A stretch of 61,404 bases of DNA, the filler included, from Choristocarpus tenellus KU-1152 (taxonomy: Eukaryota; Protista; Phaeophyceae): assembly GCA_964200185.2 (NCBI GenBank). It is 7 parts of 7 records of this genome, joined end to end, with 100 filler letters (N's around TTAATTAATTAA, not from the genome) between each part and the next. Parts side by side here need not be neighbours in the genome. Positions count along the whole stretch, not along the records: positions 1 to 21,424 come from CAXNAD020000345.1; 6 more parts are not named here. The stretch is one strand, 5' to 3'. Under the pieces are notes generated by a model. The model worked only from the letters and a program-made list of their open reading frames with translations, made no database searches and was not told the DNA's origin. A program made the position numbers and the translations under genes. Numbering within the stretch: the stretch's first letter is position 1; each line of letters begins with the position of its first letter. Of the stretch, positions 1 through 13,800 are shown in pieces.

Positions 1-1095
1 TTACCGTAACTGTCCGATAGAGTTGGAAGAGTCTAATCGAACATCCTCTCCATGATTGTCGCCAAAAACGCTTAATTCTCAGGTGGTGGCCTGACATTCT
101 CTCCAGCATGGTCGCCACAGGTCTCGTTCTGGGCAATCTCACTTCCGTGAAGGTGCACATTTTCTGCCATTTTCTTCTTGGATGAAAAAGAGGTACAATT
201 TTTTTGGGAGAAACACAGAGCACACGCATGAGCACCATCATAGTAGTGGAGACTATTTTGAGTGACAGAAGCGAGGCAGCTACTCCTAAACCTGCTTGCA
301 ATGTCGGAAGGAATTGTTGTGACCACGGACTGTGACCAAGACAGGATGTTGGGTGTAGAAACAGCACTACTGCTCTGCTAAAAGTACCGAGGAAGATGCA
401 CAATTAGAATGCACACTGTGTCGTACTGAGGCCTAAGCACGTTTGAAAAAGCTATGTCAACTACATCCCATGACTATGCAGTGCCTTTTCACTGTTATAA
501 TAGATAGGTGTAAGGGAAGGAGGGTGAACGACGATAGTTACAAATATTCACTGATTTGCATCAAGTAGTGATAACTTTTAACATGTTCATCTCACTTCAG
601 CCTGAGCCTTGGAACCACTCACTAGCTCGACCCTACCTAGCCCAGACACGCGGCTAGAGACACTACACACTCCACTATTTCTCACAACTATGAACTACAG
701 AAACTCCTTTTTGCACTACAATAGGACCATCACTAATTCATTTCGTACGTCCTTTGAATTTTTCTCGCGCGTTAGGTTTAGGTATCTCACCCCTTGTCGG
801 TTTGCCTCTTTCCTTGAATCTTGAGCAATTTCTGGTCTGGTCACAATGGGGATTTGCCACCACTATCGAGGTTAACCTGTTACCCACCTTCATTTTGGTG
901 AGAGGACGGTTCAGGTTTAGTTTCCCATTGTGTTTGCCACGTGGTCAATCAAGAACCAGGTTTCCTTGAAATGAAAGTCTGACTTGTTACATGTTCTTAC
1001 ATGTTCGAATCTGCCCATACTAATGAAGTTACGTGGTTTACTATTGAGTGACCAATACACCCTTAATAATAAAGTACTGTGTTCAGATTTTGCAC

Positions 1096-2888
1096 ATGCT
1101 ATCATGGAGAAAGAAGCAACATAGGGCATGGTCGGACCTATCATCAAATGCAATCGAATTGAGAATTTTGGTTGTGGCATTTGCCTTGGTCGTACTGAAG
1201 GTCGAATCGTGGTCAACAACAATTCGCAAATACCCGGTACCACGACACACGTTGGTGACCCCATTCGATTTTGCAAATGGCAGGGAGAGTGATGAATTGG
1301 ATGCCTTTATGATCGATCTTGCTGGCGACCGTTTGCATCTTGTTGACACGTGCAAAGGGCTAGAAGGGTTACGATCAACCCTATCTCGGTCGGTGATGCT
1401 TGGAATTGACACTGAAACACGTCCATGCTATAAGAGGGGAGAGTGGTATCCAACCTCCTTACTTCAGGTGGCTTCAAGGTATCCACGGGTTGTGCCTTAT
1501 TTCCTCTCCCTCGCAAAACGGCCCTATTACGCAACACACTCTCCTTACAATTCCACTTTATTCATAGCACGGAAGCGTGAATGAACCTTAGGTAATTCCG
1601 CCTGCTTAAGGCCAAGTGCAAAGGCGACCACATATGTAAGGCTTGCTATAGTCAAGAGGTAGTCAATAGGTATCCCTTGATTAGTTCTCGTGTTGACGCG
1701 AGTGATTCACAAGTTGGAAGAGGTAGGGATGACAAATGCATGCGAAAATCATGAAAATAACTTCCACCATGCATAAGATGTCAACCCAATGCTTCCATGA
1801 CCATGTCAAGAAAAACATACAACAGCGATCAAATGCAAACTTCGATATCTGGCAGGGACGAGAAGAAAAGTGAAGATGTGTTCATCATCGACCTTCTCGC
1901 CATTGAACGACTGGGGAGCTTTGAGGCGTTTGACAGTGCGCTTTCGGGGCCATTCGCCTCACCACAAGTGGTCAAAATCGGGGTTGGACTTCGTCAGGAC
2001 TTCAGGGAAATGGCCCAAAGTTATCCTGAGTGCAAGTGCTGGAGAACTGTAAACGGTGTGATCAATCTATCGACTCTCCACAATCGGCTGAACAAGGTAT
2101 TCAGGGGTCAAGAGGTTAGCCTTCGAAACCTCTGCAGTTGGTGAGTTACACTTCTTCATGAATTTTTGTATTTGATGTCAGTAACGGGTACCCTGTGTGA
2201 ACTGCATTGTGATTCATGTAGGCTGCTGCAATTTGGCATATTGATTCTCCATTTTCACGTCTGCAAGTCCAAGATGTTGTAGGGTAATTCAGCAACCTCC
2301 TTATCTCAACCTCAATCTGGACTGTTCAGCTACAAGTACCGCCATTGCACAACCCATTAACATCCACAGGAAGGGATACAATGATTTTGGTGAGTATGTA
2401 ATGAAGACTGAATTTTGGTGCAATCATATGTATTGAAGCCCATCCTGCCTTTGACACTTTTCCTCTGCCTTTCTTTATATGATCTTGCCACAGCTACCTA
2501 AACCTCAACCTCAGCAAAAAGTTTCAGACTTCGAAGTGGGGCAAACGACCACTCTCATCTGGGCAGATTGAATATGCTGCATGTGATTCGCTAGGTGTGT
2601 ATAGGGCTGATTTTGGCTGCTTGAAGCAACAGTTTCCTTACTTGTGACACCTCATAAATAACCCATACTGCTGGTTGAAGGGATGCACTGAGTACCACTT
2701 TGCTCCATATCTGTCATGCACTCCCTCCCTGTCAACCATACACAGCCTTGTCACAAACAGGCTAACTTCTCTCCCGACCCAAATACTTTTCACCAGTCCT
2801 CCTTAGAGTGTATGACGTGTTGTTGAAGTCACTGGAGCTGGAGAACACAATGTTCCTTGGTCGTACGCTGAAGCCTTCTGACGAGTGA
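1096..2888 (+). CDS. DEDDy 3'-5' exonuclease (WRN/RNase D/EXD-like), 4 exons: 1096-1478, 1856-2140, 2494-2594, 2797-2888; possible bipartite plastid-targeting N-terminus
   Basis: Phase-compatible GT-AG splicing gives ExoI LGIDTETRP...LLQVAS, ExoII VKIGVGLRQD, and SKKFQTSKWGKRPLSSGQIEYAACD (ExoIII YxxxD). Stop TGA at 2886-2888. Hydrophobic N-terminal stretch ILVVAFALVVLKVES-W. The start codon choice is inferred. Confidence 0.88.
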
Positions 2889-4943
2889 GTCATTTAAGGA
2901 ATTAATGAATCAACCAGGCCATAAGGGGATGTTGTATGGCTCGACTTTAACTGCCTGAATCAATGGTGCAGTACCACCTGGTGACAACCAAATACTTTTT
3001 TTTCAAAAGGATGCATTCTTCCTTCCATACACATCTTGTATTGAGTACTTGCTGATTTTGTCGATATTGTTCTTGTGGTTTTCACATGAGTTACCTTCCT
3101 TTGCCACCTCACGACTCCACAAGCGTCCTTTGTCTTTGTTATGCACCTTAAACTATAATTATAATGGTAAAACCTTCAAATGCTGCACATCTGTAGTAAA
3201 TGTGCCTGAAAACACGAGAAGGATCCTTTGGTAATTGGGCAATTCACCCCAAAATCGATTGTCCTAAATAGCTATTACTGAGATTAAAATATTGATAATG
3301 CTACAGTTCTGTATCTCGAACGCCTCGAAACAGCACGCCCATCATACCAGTTAAAAGGACCACCTGAGCACCAGCACATTAGGTAATTCTAGCAAGACTG
3401 CCACAAATTTATTCTTACTCTCAGAACTGGATACTCTGACATGCAGGTGCAGTGGACTAGCCCCACTTAGGAGGAATGGGCGACGCAGAAAGGATTTGCA
3501 CAAGATCAAATACTGGAATGCTGAGGTGGACCTTTGGAGTAAATCATAGCCGAAAATTACATATAAATATCTGTTGTTGATGATGCAGACAACAGTATCT
3601 GTAAATAGAGAAATATTGAGCACCATAATTTCATGCAGTAGGAGAACGACCAAGAAGTAGATTCTTATTGATAGTCCTTAACTGTTTGGAAGGAGTCTTT
3701 GACAACATCTGAAGCTCTTTGCTTCTGTCAATAGCAACACTTTTGGACACCACTCTGAACAAGTTTTGGGTCGGTTGAGTTAACTACCAAAAATCTATAA
3801 AGTGACAGGTTATGTATGGCTGATTAGAACAGCTTCTTCCACAGTGCGAATGGGTGTGCAAAGTGTTGATTGTCAGTTACCTCATGGAAAACAGACCAAA
3901 TAGGATCTTTCGATGGCCACAGTCTGCCAAGCGCAGTTTCAACATGGCATCAAATTAAATCGTAGTTTGTAATGGTCCCCTTTGTGTCCCTACCAACTAA
4001 AGGATTGCCTGATCTATGGAGTGTCAGGTATACATGTGAAATACATGAAACAAATGAGAACTGATTGGTTAGTTTGTTGTTGGGCAGATATTTTTTTATT
4101 ATGCCACAGTTGAAAATAGTGCCTCTAAAAACACAAAGTACAGGACATTTATGTACCTAACAATGACGAGATTTTTTTTCTGTTACATACTGCTGCCGTC
4201 GGATATGGACTTAGGGTTAGGGTTACTCTCACGGACAGAATGCACCGTTCCTCAAGATTAACAGTGTTCTGTGTGGTATTATTTTGAATTGTAGTCATGT
4301 TTTCCCCCATTGAACGGAGGGTAGATACCACCTATAGCGTCAGATGGTAAAAATTGCACTTAAGTGTTGTGATTTGGGGTAGTCAAGTCATTGACTTTGA
4401 ATCTCGACCAGGTACAAGGAGCAACACATACTTTGAGCACCTAGTTTCTTGCTGCACTTGTTTATACATTGTTTGCGGAGTCTTGGATGGCCTGAGGTGG
4501 AGGACACAATAAAGTTTATACAGTATCCTAACCCTAGACCTTAACCATGCAAGTATCCGAGACAGTGTTAGAAATGTTTTAAGTTTAGCTGGCAAAAGGA
4601 CAACGGCTTCATGATGAAACACTCTCTCATAATGGCAGCTGTATCCCACATTTGGTGTAGCGCTATGTATACTTGCAATTCTCATCTCAGCATGATGATC
4701 TGCTTCCAAAAGCTATTGTGATCATGCTAAAAGAATAAGTGAGGAGGGTTGTATAGCTAACCTTGGTTTTTCCCTATTATAAATGTAGCATCTAATGATA
4801 GTCATCCAGTATCCATGAGGTTCCTGCACTTCATTCATCATCCATCATGTTCTCCATTTGTTATTGTCACAGGCTTGATATTAGATTTCTGTAATACAAT
4901 TTTCATACCATCAGAGTAAATTTATAGATTGGTGGAATCCCTA

Positions 4944-6646
4944 CTACTCTAGGTACCCAAGGGCATATAGCGCCTTTCGGACCAAGATCCCTACAATTCC
5001 TGCCAGAATGGCCACAGTCACGTATGTAAGTACTGACTCCTCCCAGGTCAGCTCATCAACATCAATCTTTACATCAACTACACCTGCTTCTGGTCCGCCA
5101 AGACCAGTGGCCTGGGGTGCAGTCCCCACTAAGGGATCCCTGGCTGACCTCACCTCTGCGTTAATGGACCGTGTTTCAAGTGTAGATCCAAAGGTAGGCT
5201 CCCCATTTACCACAGTTTCAACATGTGAGGCTTCACCCCCAAACCCATTCCCAGACTCAACTTTGGCGACTTCTGTTGAAAGACCAACACTCTCACCACC
5301 CCCCCCACTATTATTAGCATTATCTGCTTTAGCCTCCTTGGCATCATGCATGTGGAGTTCCTTTATTTGGTCAGCATAGCGGTTAGGGCCATCATCTTCC
5401 TGAACAGAACCCTTAGACCGCTCCTTGGGCACAAGACCCCGCACATCACCACACTTGTAGCATTTCCAGTCAACTGAAGTCTTGGCTAGCCGTCTGATAG
5501 AGGGGTCAGCAGACAGCACATGCTTGGTAAGCTTTGTTTTACACAGGGTTGAAAGGTGTTATCAGTACCTCAGCATCCTGATCTCTACTAGGAAGGAAAA
5601 AAACGGCATGGAACAAAAGAAATGATACTGCAAGAAAGCCAGGATTCAAAGAGGAGGGCAGCTCACTCACCGACGCTCTTCAGGCGTCCAATCAAGGCCT
5701 CCAATGGCTCCTCCTGCCTCAGTGGGAAAGAAGCTTATAAGTGCCTCAAGGATGAGGCGCAAACCCCATGCCGGCTTGGTGGATTGGACGGATGTGGGAA
5801 GCAGGAGATTCTTGGGAAGGATCAGGATGCTACACAAAACCTAATTGAACCAATTTGAACCCTCTACTCCACCGTGACATACAAAATTTAGGGAGGATAG
5901 TATCTACAACGTGAGTACTGCTATGACGCCACAATAAACCAAGTAAGTCGAATGGATGGACGCGTGGAACGCTATGGGCGAGTCTGTTTAGTCGTGGCGC
6001 AACAGCTAGTTGATAATTTAGTGTACCTAGTGTAATGTGTAGTGCCCCTGATAATGCGCTGGGGCTAGGCAAGGTGGAGGTAGTGGTTCCTAGTCCTAGA
6101 ATAAAACGAGGCAACAACACCATAACAACAATAATGCCATTAAATCTTAGAGACATCTTTACCAGTCCTTTTCTGGTCTCCAACGTGATAGCATTGCCCT
6201 TGTAGACTACAGCTTTACTTGTGGTGCATCACAGTGTAGCGATGCGACTAAATTGGAGCTATGCCAAACAGTTACGGTTAACATGTGTTGTAACCGTTGC
6301 AGACTACCCCCAAGGAACAACTGCTTACCAATATACACACCTGCCAGTATTCCGGGTGGTGTGCTGAGATACTCAGGCAGATCTTGGTACCAACAGCAAA
6401 TCGCCCGTTAGGCGTGTTGAAGATGATGTTTGGGGGTTTAAAAGGGTAGGAACTTGGGAGCAATATTCGACCATGGTACAGCCCCCCCTCAAACTCTGTT
6501 CCAGATGGACCCCGTAAAGTGAAATGCCACTCGAATGGGTTGTCTTCCAATGGCGCTGCATGATACTGGTCTGAGGGATCCCTATTCAACTCACGGACGT
6601 CGGCGTAGATCCTTTTGATGGCCGGATTCTTGGTGTTGAAGGCCAT
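4944..6646 (-). CDS. UBE2J1: Ubiquitin-conjugating enzyme E2, Ubc6/UBE2J1 (plant UBC32-like) type, tail-anchored; exons 6646-6341, 5774-5671, 5493-4944
   Basis: KNPAIKRI..., EWHFTLRGP..FEGGLYHGRI..P..YPFKPP, TPNGRF..GTKICLSISAHHPEYWQ|PAWGLRLILEALISFFPTE..GAIGGLDWTPEERRRLA: the TPNGRF...CLS motif typical of Ubc6-family E2s. C-terminal transmembrane helix VLTYVTVAILAGIVGILV. Intron phases are consistent. Confidence 0.93.
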
Positions 6647-7341
6647 CACAAGGGTCCACGGACTAACCTTGTCTCTTCCAAGAGTTGTTGCCCAATACCC
6701 TCAGGCATCAATGGGATCACTCGAAGATGAAAAACAACAAGCTGCAGCACTGAAAAAAACTGCTCAAGTTGTATTTCCCTCCGTCGCGCTCGTCGTCTTT
6801 CTTGGAGGAATGGGGACGGGGACAAGCCAAGAAGATGGTTTTGTGTTTTGTGTCTTCTGTCTTGTAGTTTGTGTTTTGTGTTTTGTTTTCCGACCTTCCA
6901 ACATAGCCGTAGACCCAATGCGGACTCAGTATGGATGAGGTGTTGCAACTATCATGCTTGTCAGATTTCACTAGTATTGTTACAGTTGTTGCATACCTGT
7001 AAGCATTGAACCCATTGTGCAGCTCAGACAAGCTTGCAGTTAAGCATGAAGCCGTCCAAAATGGCTGCGATGTTTTCCCCACTTTTGCCCCTGTTAAACA
7101 GGTGTGATTGTTGCACTCCTTTCCTTCTCTCACGTTCCTTGCAACCTGGATCAATGCTGACCAAAATGATGTGCATCTCATGGAGTGGTTGCTCATGCCA
7201 TTTCCCTCGGGTGACGAGCTTTAGGATTGTTCTTCGGAAGATATCAGCGCGCTTTCTAACTTCTGTTTCCTCGAAGCTGCTGGTTTGTGAGTATTGACTA
7301 AATCCTTCGTCACCAACTTTCCCTTTTGTCCATGCTTACAG

Positions 7342-10056
7342 CGCATCTGCGTTTGTTCCTGCGGGTGCTCCCAGTAGACTTCATGGCGTCAGCCGTGCAC
7401 CAATTGCCAATACCCGCAGTTTCCATAAGGTGGGCTTCGGGGAGTGAGGAGAAGGTTGTGATCATGAGCAACCAGCAACTATATATGCTACCTCTTGCTG
7501 GGATTTTGTGATTAAGGGATTACAGACGACTTCAAGTCGCCACTCTTGACGCGATTTATTAGCTTGTGGTGTTGATACATGAATCAATCTTCGGGTGTAT
7601 ACTGACGCTGACCGATGTTTAGTTCATCTGCCTCGGCACCAACTGTTCTGAACCACCTCATTGTTGTATGTTGAGATTCGCTAACAGCTGTGCTCGATCT
7701 ATTTAGGCGCCGTTAGTGACCATGCAGTTCTGGAAGACACCTGGCCCATCTCCCCTCACTCGATTGGCAAAAATCCCTGCGATGGACAAGTGTAAAAGCG
7801 ATGAAGATTGGAAGTCTTCGCTTAGACCGACCACGTACCAGGTACACGGAATTGATAGGACACTCATTGTGCCCAGTACCAGTGTCATATTGATCCCCTT
7901 TTATCTTCGGAGTTCGGAGTGGACCTATTCAAAGCTACTGCTACTTGTGCAGACCATAATTATCCTTTCCTTGGGTGTGTCTCACTTCTGACTTTGCACA
8001 AACTTCGTTCACACTCAAGGAATACTCTGCTGTCTCAGCCCTTCGCTACGACATGAATCTCCCACTGTCATCCTTTGTCGCAAGATTCACGTAATCTTCA
8101 CACATACGGAGTATGAAACTGAGTAATGCATCCCCTCTACACTCCATCATTGTGTATAAGGTTCTTCGCAAGAAAGCTACAGAGCCAGCAGGAGTGAGGA
8201 AGGCTAATGGTGGCTTCGATGATACCTTTGACGAGGGGACCTACGTGTGTGCTGGCAAGTGTACCTATTCACTCCTTGGCTCTAGGGATACCTTGGATGC
8301 CTACCTTGTTTTCCTCTCACAGTTGCATACACCTCTCCTCCAACCCTGTTACTGTTTCTAATCACAGAGTTCCTGGATACAATACTACGAACCCCTACCT
8401 GCCCGAAGGAACTCTGTTCGTCAGTAATGACCCCCTCGATCTTGGTATGACCCATTCACTGCATCCCATGCTTGGGTAGCCTCTTCCCCTTCTGATGCCT
8501 ATTTTTTAGTGATCTCCTTATGTAACCAGTGGCTTGTTTTCCCTTCTTTTCACCTGATTTGCCACCACCACTGCAATCCCAATACAGGCTGCCGACAGCC
8601 TCTATATGAATCAAGTCACAAATTTGACTGTGGTTGTGGCTGGCCAGGATTTTGGACTAATATCCAGGATGCAGTATATGAGGAGAAGGATGCAGATGGT
8701 AGGCGGTGTGAGATTCTTTGCTCCGGTTGTGGCGGGTGAGTGGTGATTAGCCTGGTATCGCATTTCTTTAGTTTATGATTTGAAGAACCCAGAGCCACTT
8801 GAACGAAGAGGTTGTGGGCCCTGCAGCCACACCACGCTCTGAAAGTCAGATTTAATGCACCTTTAATGAGTTTAGATACATTGTGGTGTAAGATTTTCAT
8901 CAGATAAATAGCCAACAGGTTATTAATGCTGTCCCTCTTGGACGTTAGTCGTGTTATCCAAGACTTGATTACTGAAGCAAAGGAGTTAAGATGTCACCCG
9001 CTGTTGGAACAGAACCAGTCATCTCAGGTGCAATGTGGAACTACTGCTATTGTTCATCCTGGGTTTTAATTTTTTTGTTCTGGGCATACATAATCACACC
9101 GATATCTTCGTGTTATGTAACATAGTGGTGTTGTGAACATCACCAGTTTTTTTTAGTATCTAATCAATTCAATTTTTTTTTAGGAATAACCCAGATCATA
9201 GCTTTGTATTTCTTGTGCTCTTTCTGTTTTGGCACAGCTGTTGTATCATTAAAACAACCATGTTTTCAATCATTAATTGTTTCCATATTCTAGTGTTGCG
9301 CATGTGTACAGTGAATTTGTAATCGATAACGGATAATCTGTTTTGGTTTTATAATCACATTTCAACTAGATGTACTCAACATTGAGAGCACTGTTTCTGG
9401 TATCACGTTGTCATTGCCCATTCCACTGGACTGCATTGTGTGGTAGATTTGAAGGGAAAGAAATCGATCTAATGCCTGTAAATGTTTATTATCATTTCAT
9501 GTTGCTTCTGCATGGTTTAAGTTTGGATGAGTTTTGGATGAGTTTTGGATGAGGACCAAAGACTCAAGCCCTCAGATCATGGACCACTTGATACCACTGT
9601 GTTAGAAACCAAATGAAAGGTAGCACATTGCTTTAACCCATTAAAATCAAAGAAGCGAGACTTTCTGTGACTAGTTCATACTCAGCACATAAGGTGGTGG
9701 TTGTTTGGCATTGCTGTAAAGTTGAGAAAATAACAGGCTGAGTCCTCATCCCAGTTGTCTGTGTTACTTTAACAAGAGAGGGAGAGGATCTGCAATGGCA
9801 TGACTGGTTTCCGCCATGTCCATTCCAATGTGCCTCCTCAAGCAGGGATATTTTGTGAACAAACTGACATACTCTCCCAACTGTTATTGGCATACCCAGG
9901 CACCTGGGGCACGTGTTCCGGGGCGAGGGCTTCAGGAACCCAGAGCCAAATGAGCGGCATTGTGTCAACTCATGCTCTTTGGCATTCATCCCTACGGGCA
10001 AGACTGATGCTGAGGCTATAGAGTGCACATACTCTGGCATGGTTTATGGAGGATAA
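7342..10056 (+). CDS. msrB: Methionine-R-sulfoxide reductase MsrB (Zn-binding, Cys-type), likely plastid-targeted; exons 7342-7429, 7707-7841, 8161-8254, 8588-8735, 9900-10056; start exon not resolved
   Basis: Spliced product: KSDEDWKSSLRPTTYQVLRKKATE...[28 protein letters not shown]...RCEILCSGCGGHLGHVFRGEG...ERHCVNS. It has two CxxC zinc motifs, GCGWP, HLGHVF and catalytic RHCVNS. The upstream in-phase exon encodes ASAFVP. Confidence 0.93.
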
Positions 10057-10816
10057 GGTTGATTGCAGTGCTTGCATATGCAGTCAGTATGGTCTCACAT
10101 GACAACATCATGCTTCTGGCAGGGGTGTTCCATTCAAAACAAACTAGATTTGCAGGGTAATAAAATATTTTAGGTACTCTATCAAGAAGGAGACTGGAAG
10201 AGAACATTGCATCCGGTTGGAGGTATTGTTTGTACTGCTGATACTTTGATTGGCACCTAGGCAGGGCTTTCAGATAGATATGAGTGTTTTGGGGGCTTTG
10301 TGTACCGAAAGTTGAACTATTTGGGCTTATCAAGGATAGACCTTTACATATTGTTGGCACTGGGACCCAACCAAGTTCTTAAACCAGACATGTGAAATCA
10401 TTGCTTTGAAACATGATACATGATATAGCACATTCTCCGAGGAGTATTCAATGATTTTGCTAATAGAGACTTCCACCTCATGTTGGTGATTCCTACCAGT
10501 AATAAATTTCTTACATATTTGTGCAAAATTTCAATACCTCTATTAATAGGCATCAAGTAGATACTATCTATCATCCCTTGCTCTCACTCATATCCCCACA
10601 AGCACTTCAAACAGTTTTGTTGCACTGGGCACGTGGAATGTCTCATTCACTTAAAACAATAACAATAACGTGGTGTCTTCTAACAGGACACCCTGCTTAC
10701 TCCAGCTGCACTCCAAATAGATAGCACAGGAACCCTTATCTTCTTCTTCTTACCCATCCCACAACCAGCCTACCAGCACCTTGCCACTACAATACTAGAG
10801 CTACATCCTCATAATT

Positions 10817-13800
10817 TTATTTATTCTTTCCCTTTTTTGTCTTGCCCAAACGCCTAATAGCCCTTTGGAGTGCTTGGGCGTAGACACCAGCAACCACCTT
10901 GGCAAGGCGGGTTGCAGCTCTGTAGTACACTGTGCCAGGTGCGTTGAAGGTCAGGCAATTTGCAAAGACCAAGACCAAATCATCTCTCAGTTCAGCTGCA
11001 CTACGGTAGCCCCCACCTTCTGACCCTACTCCCACCTTTGCTTTCTCTCGAATGGTATGAAAGTCTCTTGGGTGGGCCACCAAGGACTTGTAGCCAGGGG
11101 CCTGACTCTCCTGCACCGGCATAGCAAAGATGTTCCCGTTGTCCATGGCTCCCAATCGTTCTAAGGTAGCAATCGCTACGTTAGGGAGCATGGAGTGTTG
11201 TGGGGGCTCCTCCCACTGCTCCTGTGCCACCTGCCGAATAAGCTTTTCGCCCCCAAACTCAGCAAGGTACTCACCCTGACGTGAGAGCATATCCAGCACA
11301 ACAGGCCCAATGCCACCTTCCCCATTCTTGTCTTCTCCCTCTCCCAACCCCTTCCTCCTGTTACCTCCCCTTCCTCCATCCCATGCAGATGTAGTCCCTC
11401 CCCCTTTATCCTTGCCATCGCTGCTGTCACTATCACCATCATCACCATCATCGTAAGGCAAGGACTTTCTTGTTCTTGCTCTGGCCCGTGGAGGCCGGTC
11501 TTTCACCCTCTCCTCCTGCTCCAGCTGTAGCCTAGAGCCCCGTCTGCTGCTGACTGTTACACACTTTGCCTCTCCTGTCCACCCTTCACTATTGCTGACA
11601 TCCAGGCTGGAGTCATCCACACTGCTTGCATCCTCTTCACTTGCTTGGTCGTCCCTGGACCTGGGGCTATGGTCCTCCTCAACAGTTCGCCTCCGCTTGA
11701 GTCGATGCCCTGCCTTACGACCTTGACGAGGTAAACCCTCTCCCTCCCTTGCCACATAAGCCAACCCCCCATCGCTGCCACTGTCTTCAGTATCAGCCCC
11801 CCCACTTTCCCAAGTTCCATCAAAGACCTTGCGACTCATTGCGTGCCTAGAGGAGGCACGATTGTCGATGGCTTTGCCCTTGCCCTTTCCGCCACCATTG
11901 GCAGTACTCCCACCGTAATAACTCTTCACATGTGGATCCCTTCCAGGGGAACGTTTTCGCTTACCATTGGTACTGCTTCTTTCCTTACCTTTACCCTTGC
12001 CCTTGCCCCTTCCATTGACCTTTCTATCACTGACTGCAACAGAGGCCTTTCCTTTTCCTTTTCCTTTGATCTTACCTGTACATGCCATACAGGCATATTT
12101 AGGCAGAGCAGATCAGTTGTGAGCCGTGGTGCACAGTGCAAAGATGAGCAAAAATTCTTGGCAATTGAGGATACCTACCTACATCAGGGAAACTATCTAT
12201 GTAGTGCATTCCACCTACATCACGAAGAGACTATTATACTACAATTCCTGCAACGCAATGCCCTCCCCTTATCCATACAACACACAAAGGTTACAACAGG
12301 GATGCACATACGATTTTGGCACAATTCTCAAACACGTGAAAATGCTCACCCTCAATATGATACTCCTCCCTCTCCTCATCCTCATCATCAGGCTCATATT
12401 CCTCTTCCAGGTCCTCTTTCTTCCCCTCAACTGAACGTGTTGGCAATGTCACCAGCACTGCCAATGAACCCCTCAATGCAGAGTCATCACCTCCAACACT
12501 AGCAGATGATCCCAAGTACTCCCTGCGTCTACCCCTCCCATCGCCCGCGCTGCAGCTGGCACCACCCTCATCAGCTCTGGCCCCTAGCCCAATCCCACCC
12601 TGAACCCCTGCCCTAGCTCCAGTGTCAGTGTGTCCAACCTCAACTGCAGCACCCTCCCCCACCTTCCCTGGGGTGGCCATTTGGACGGTGTCTCTGATGG
12701 CAATCACAAGGGTATCTATTAAGTGAAAGGCAGCCTTGACAATGTCAGACCGGGGCTTGTTGTACTTCGCACAGTTAGCATAGATGAGGTTGCAGTCAAA
12801 CTCGAGAGAGTCCACAGTGGAGTAGTAGTTCTTTCCTCACAATAGCCAGGAACAGAGGTAGACGGCATGCAGATAGGAGAGGGCAAAGGGAAGGAATAGG
12901 AAAGTGGGCATGGGCACAGGTGAAGCAAATATAACACTGGTTTCTCAAGCTTCAACCTTTTCCACATCCTGCTTGAGGTACAAAGTACGTATCATTAACA
13001 CTAGCAAGAGATGTTGCAGTAGAGTAGAGCACATGCCAGGTTTGATTATGTATGTCAATCCAAGGACCTCTACCTCTAGGGTGGAGGACCTGTTGTGACA
13101 CCCAGCAAGGGCCAATACACAACTTTGTGACCCAGTGCAGAGGTGGATCATTGGAACAACAGCAACGGGCTGCAAGGGGTGTAGTCACAACAAACCACAA
13201 ACGACACTAAGCAGCAGTTATAACACCAGGGTGAACAGCTGTATTGGTGCAATGCAGCACGATTGGATGAGTGAGGCCTTGTCCACCACTTTAATGCCAA
13301 ACACAAAACACAACTAGAAGCAAGATAGCATAACAATAACTAATTATATATACAAAATCAAGATGGGCAGTGGTTGGTAAACATTGAGGAAAGAGGGGAG
13401 GCAACTGCTTTGACACAAGAGGCAGATAGATTTCTTGGAGGGAGATGAGAGGTGCACCTGTTTGAGCCTCCTCTGGACCAGCCCAAGATCCATGGGTACA
13501 GGCACCACACAGCCGTAGTCCTCAATGGCTACCCGCTGAAGGAAAGGCAGGGCATCTGGAGATTCCATTGCCTCCTGCAGAACCTCAGAAAGACTCTCAC
13601 GTAGAACTGTGGGGATGCCACAGCGGCCATCCCACATTTCATCGTCCTCGTCAGGCGGCACAGGATCTATCCCTTCAACCCATGTCACCTGCCAAGAACC
13701 CGAGGGGATACTATGTTCTCACCATTGGAAACATTGTTCTGGGTGCAATATATACTAACTAGAATACATGCATTGTACATCTCTTAGTACTACTGATACT

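Noticed and set aside
1-326. Minus-strand ORF with a loosely repeated peptide (CGDHAGENVR / FGDNHGEDVR in another frame)
   Set aside because: No recognisable domain, interrupted by a stop or frameshift, and truncated by the window edge.
9900-10056. Possible selenoprotein MsrB
   Set aside because: The catalytic codon is TGT (RHCVNS); no in-frame TGA is needed.
11843-12502. Long plus-strand ORFs opposite the BRWD exons (also 17255-17917 and 19513-20190), and the minus-strand ORF 23133-23669
   Set aside because: Mostly antisense shadows of low-complexity coding exons or intronic chance ORFs, with no domain signal.
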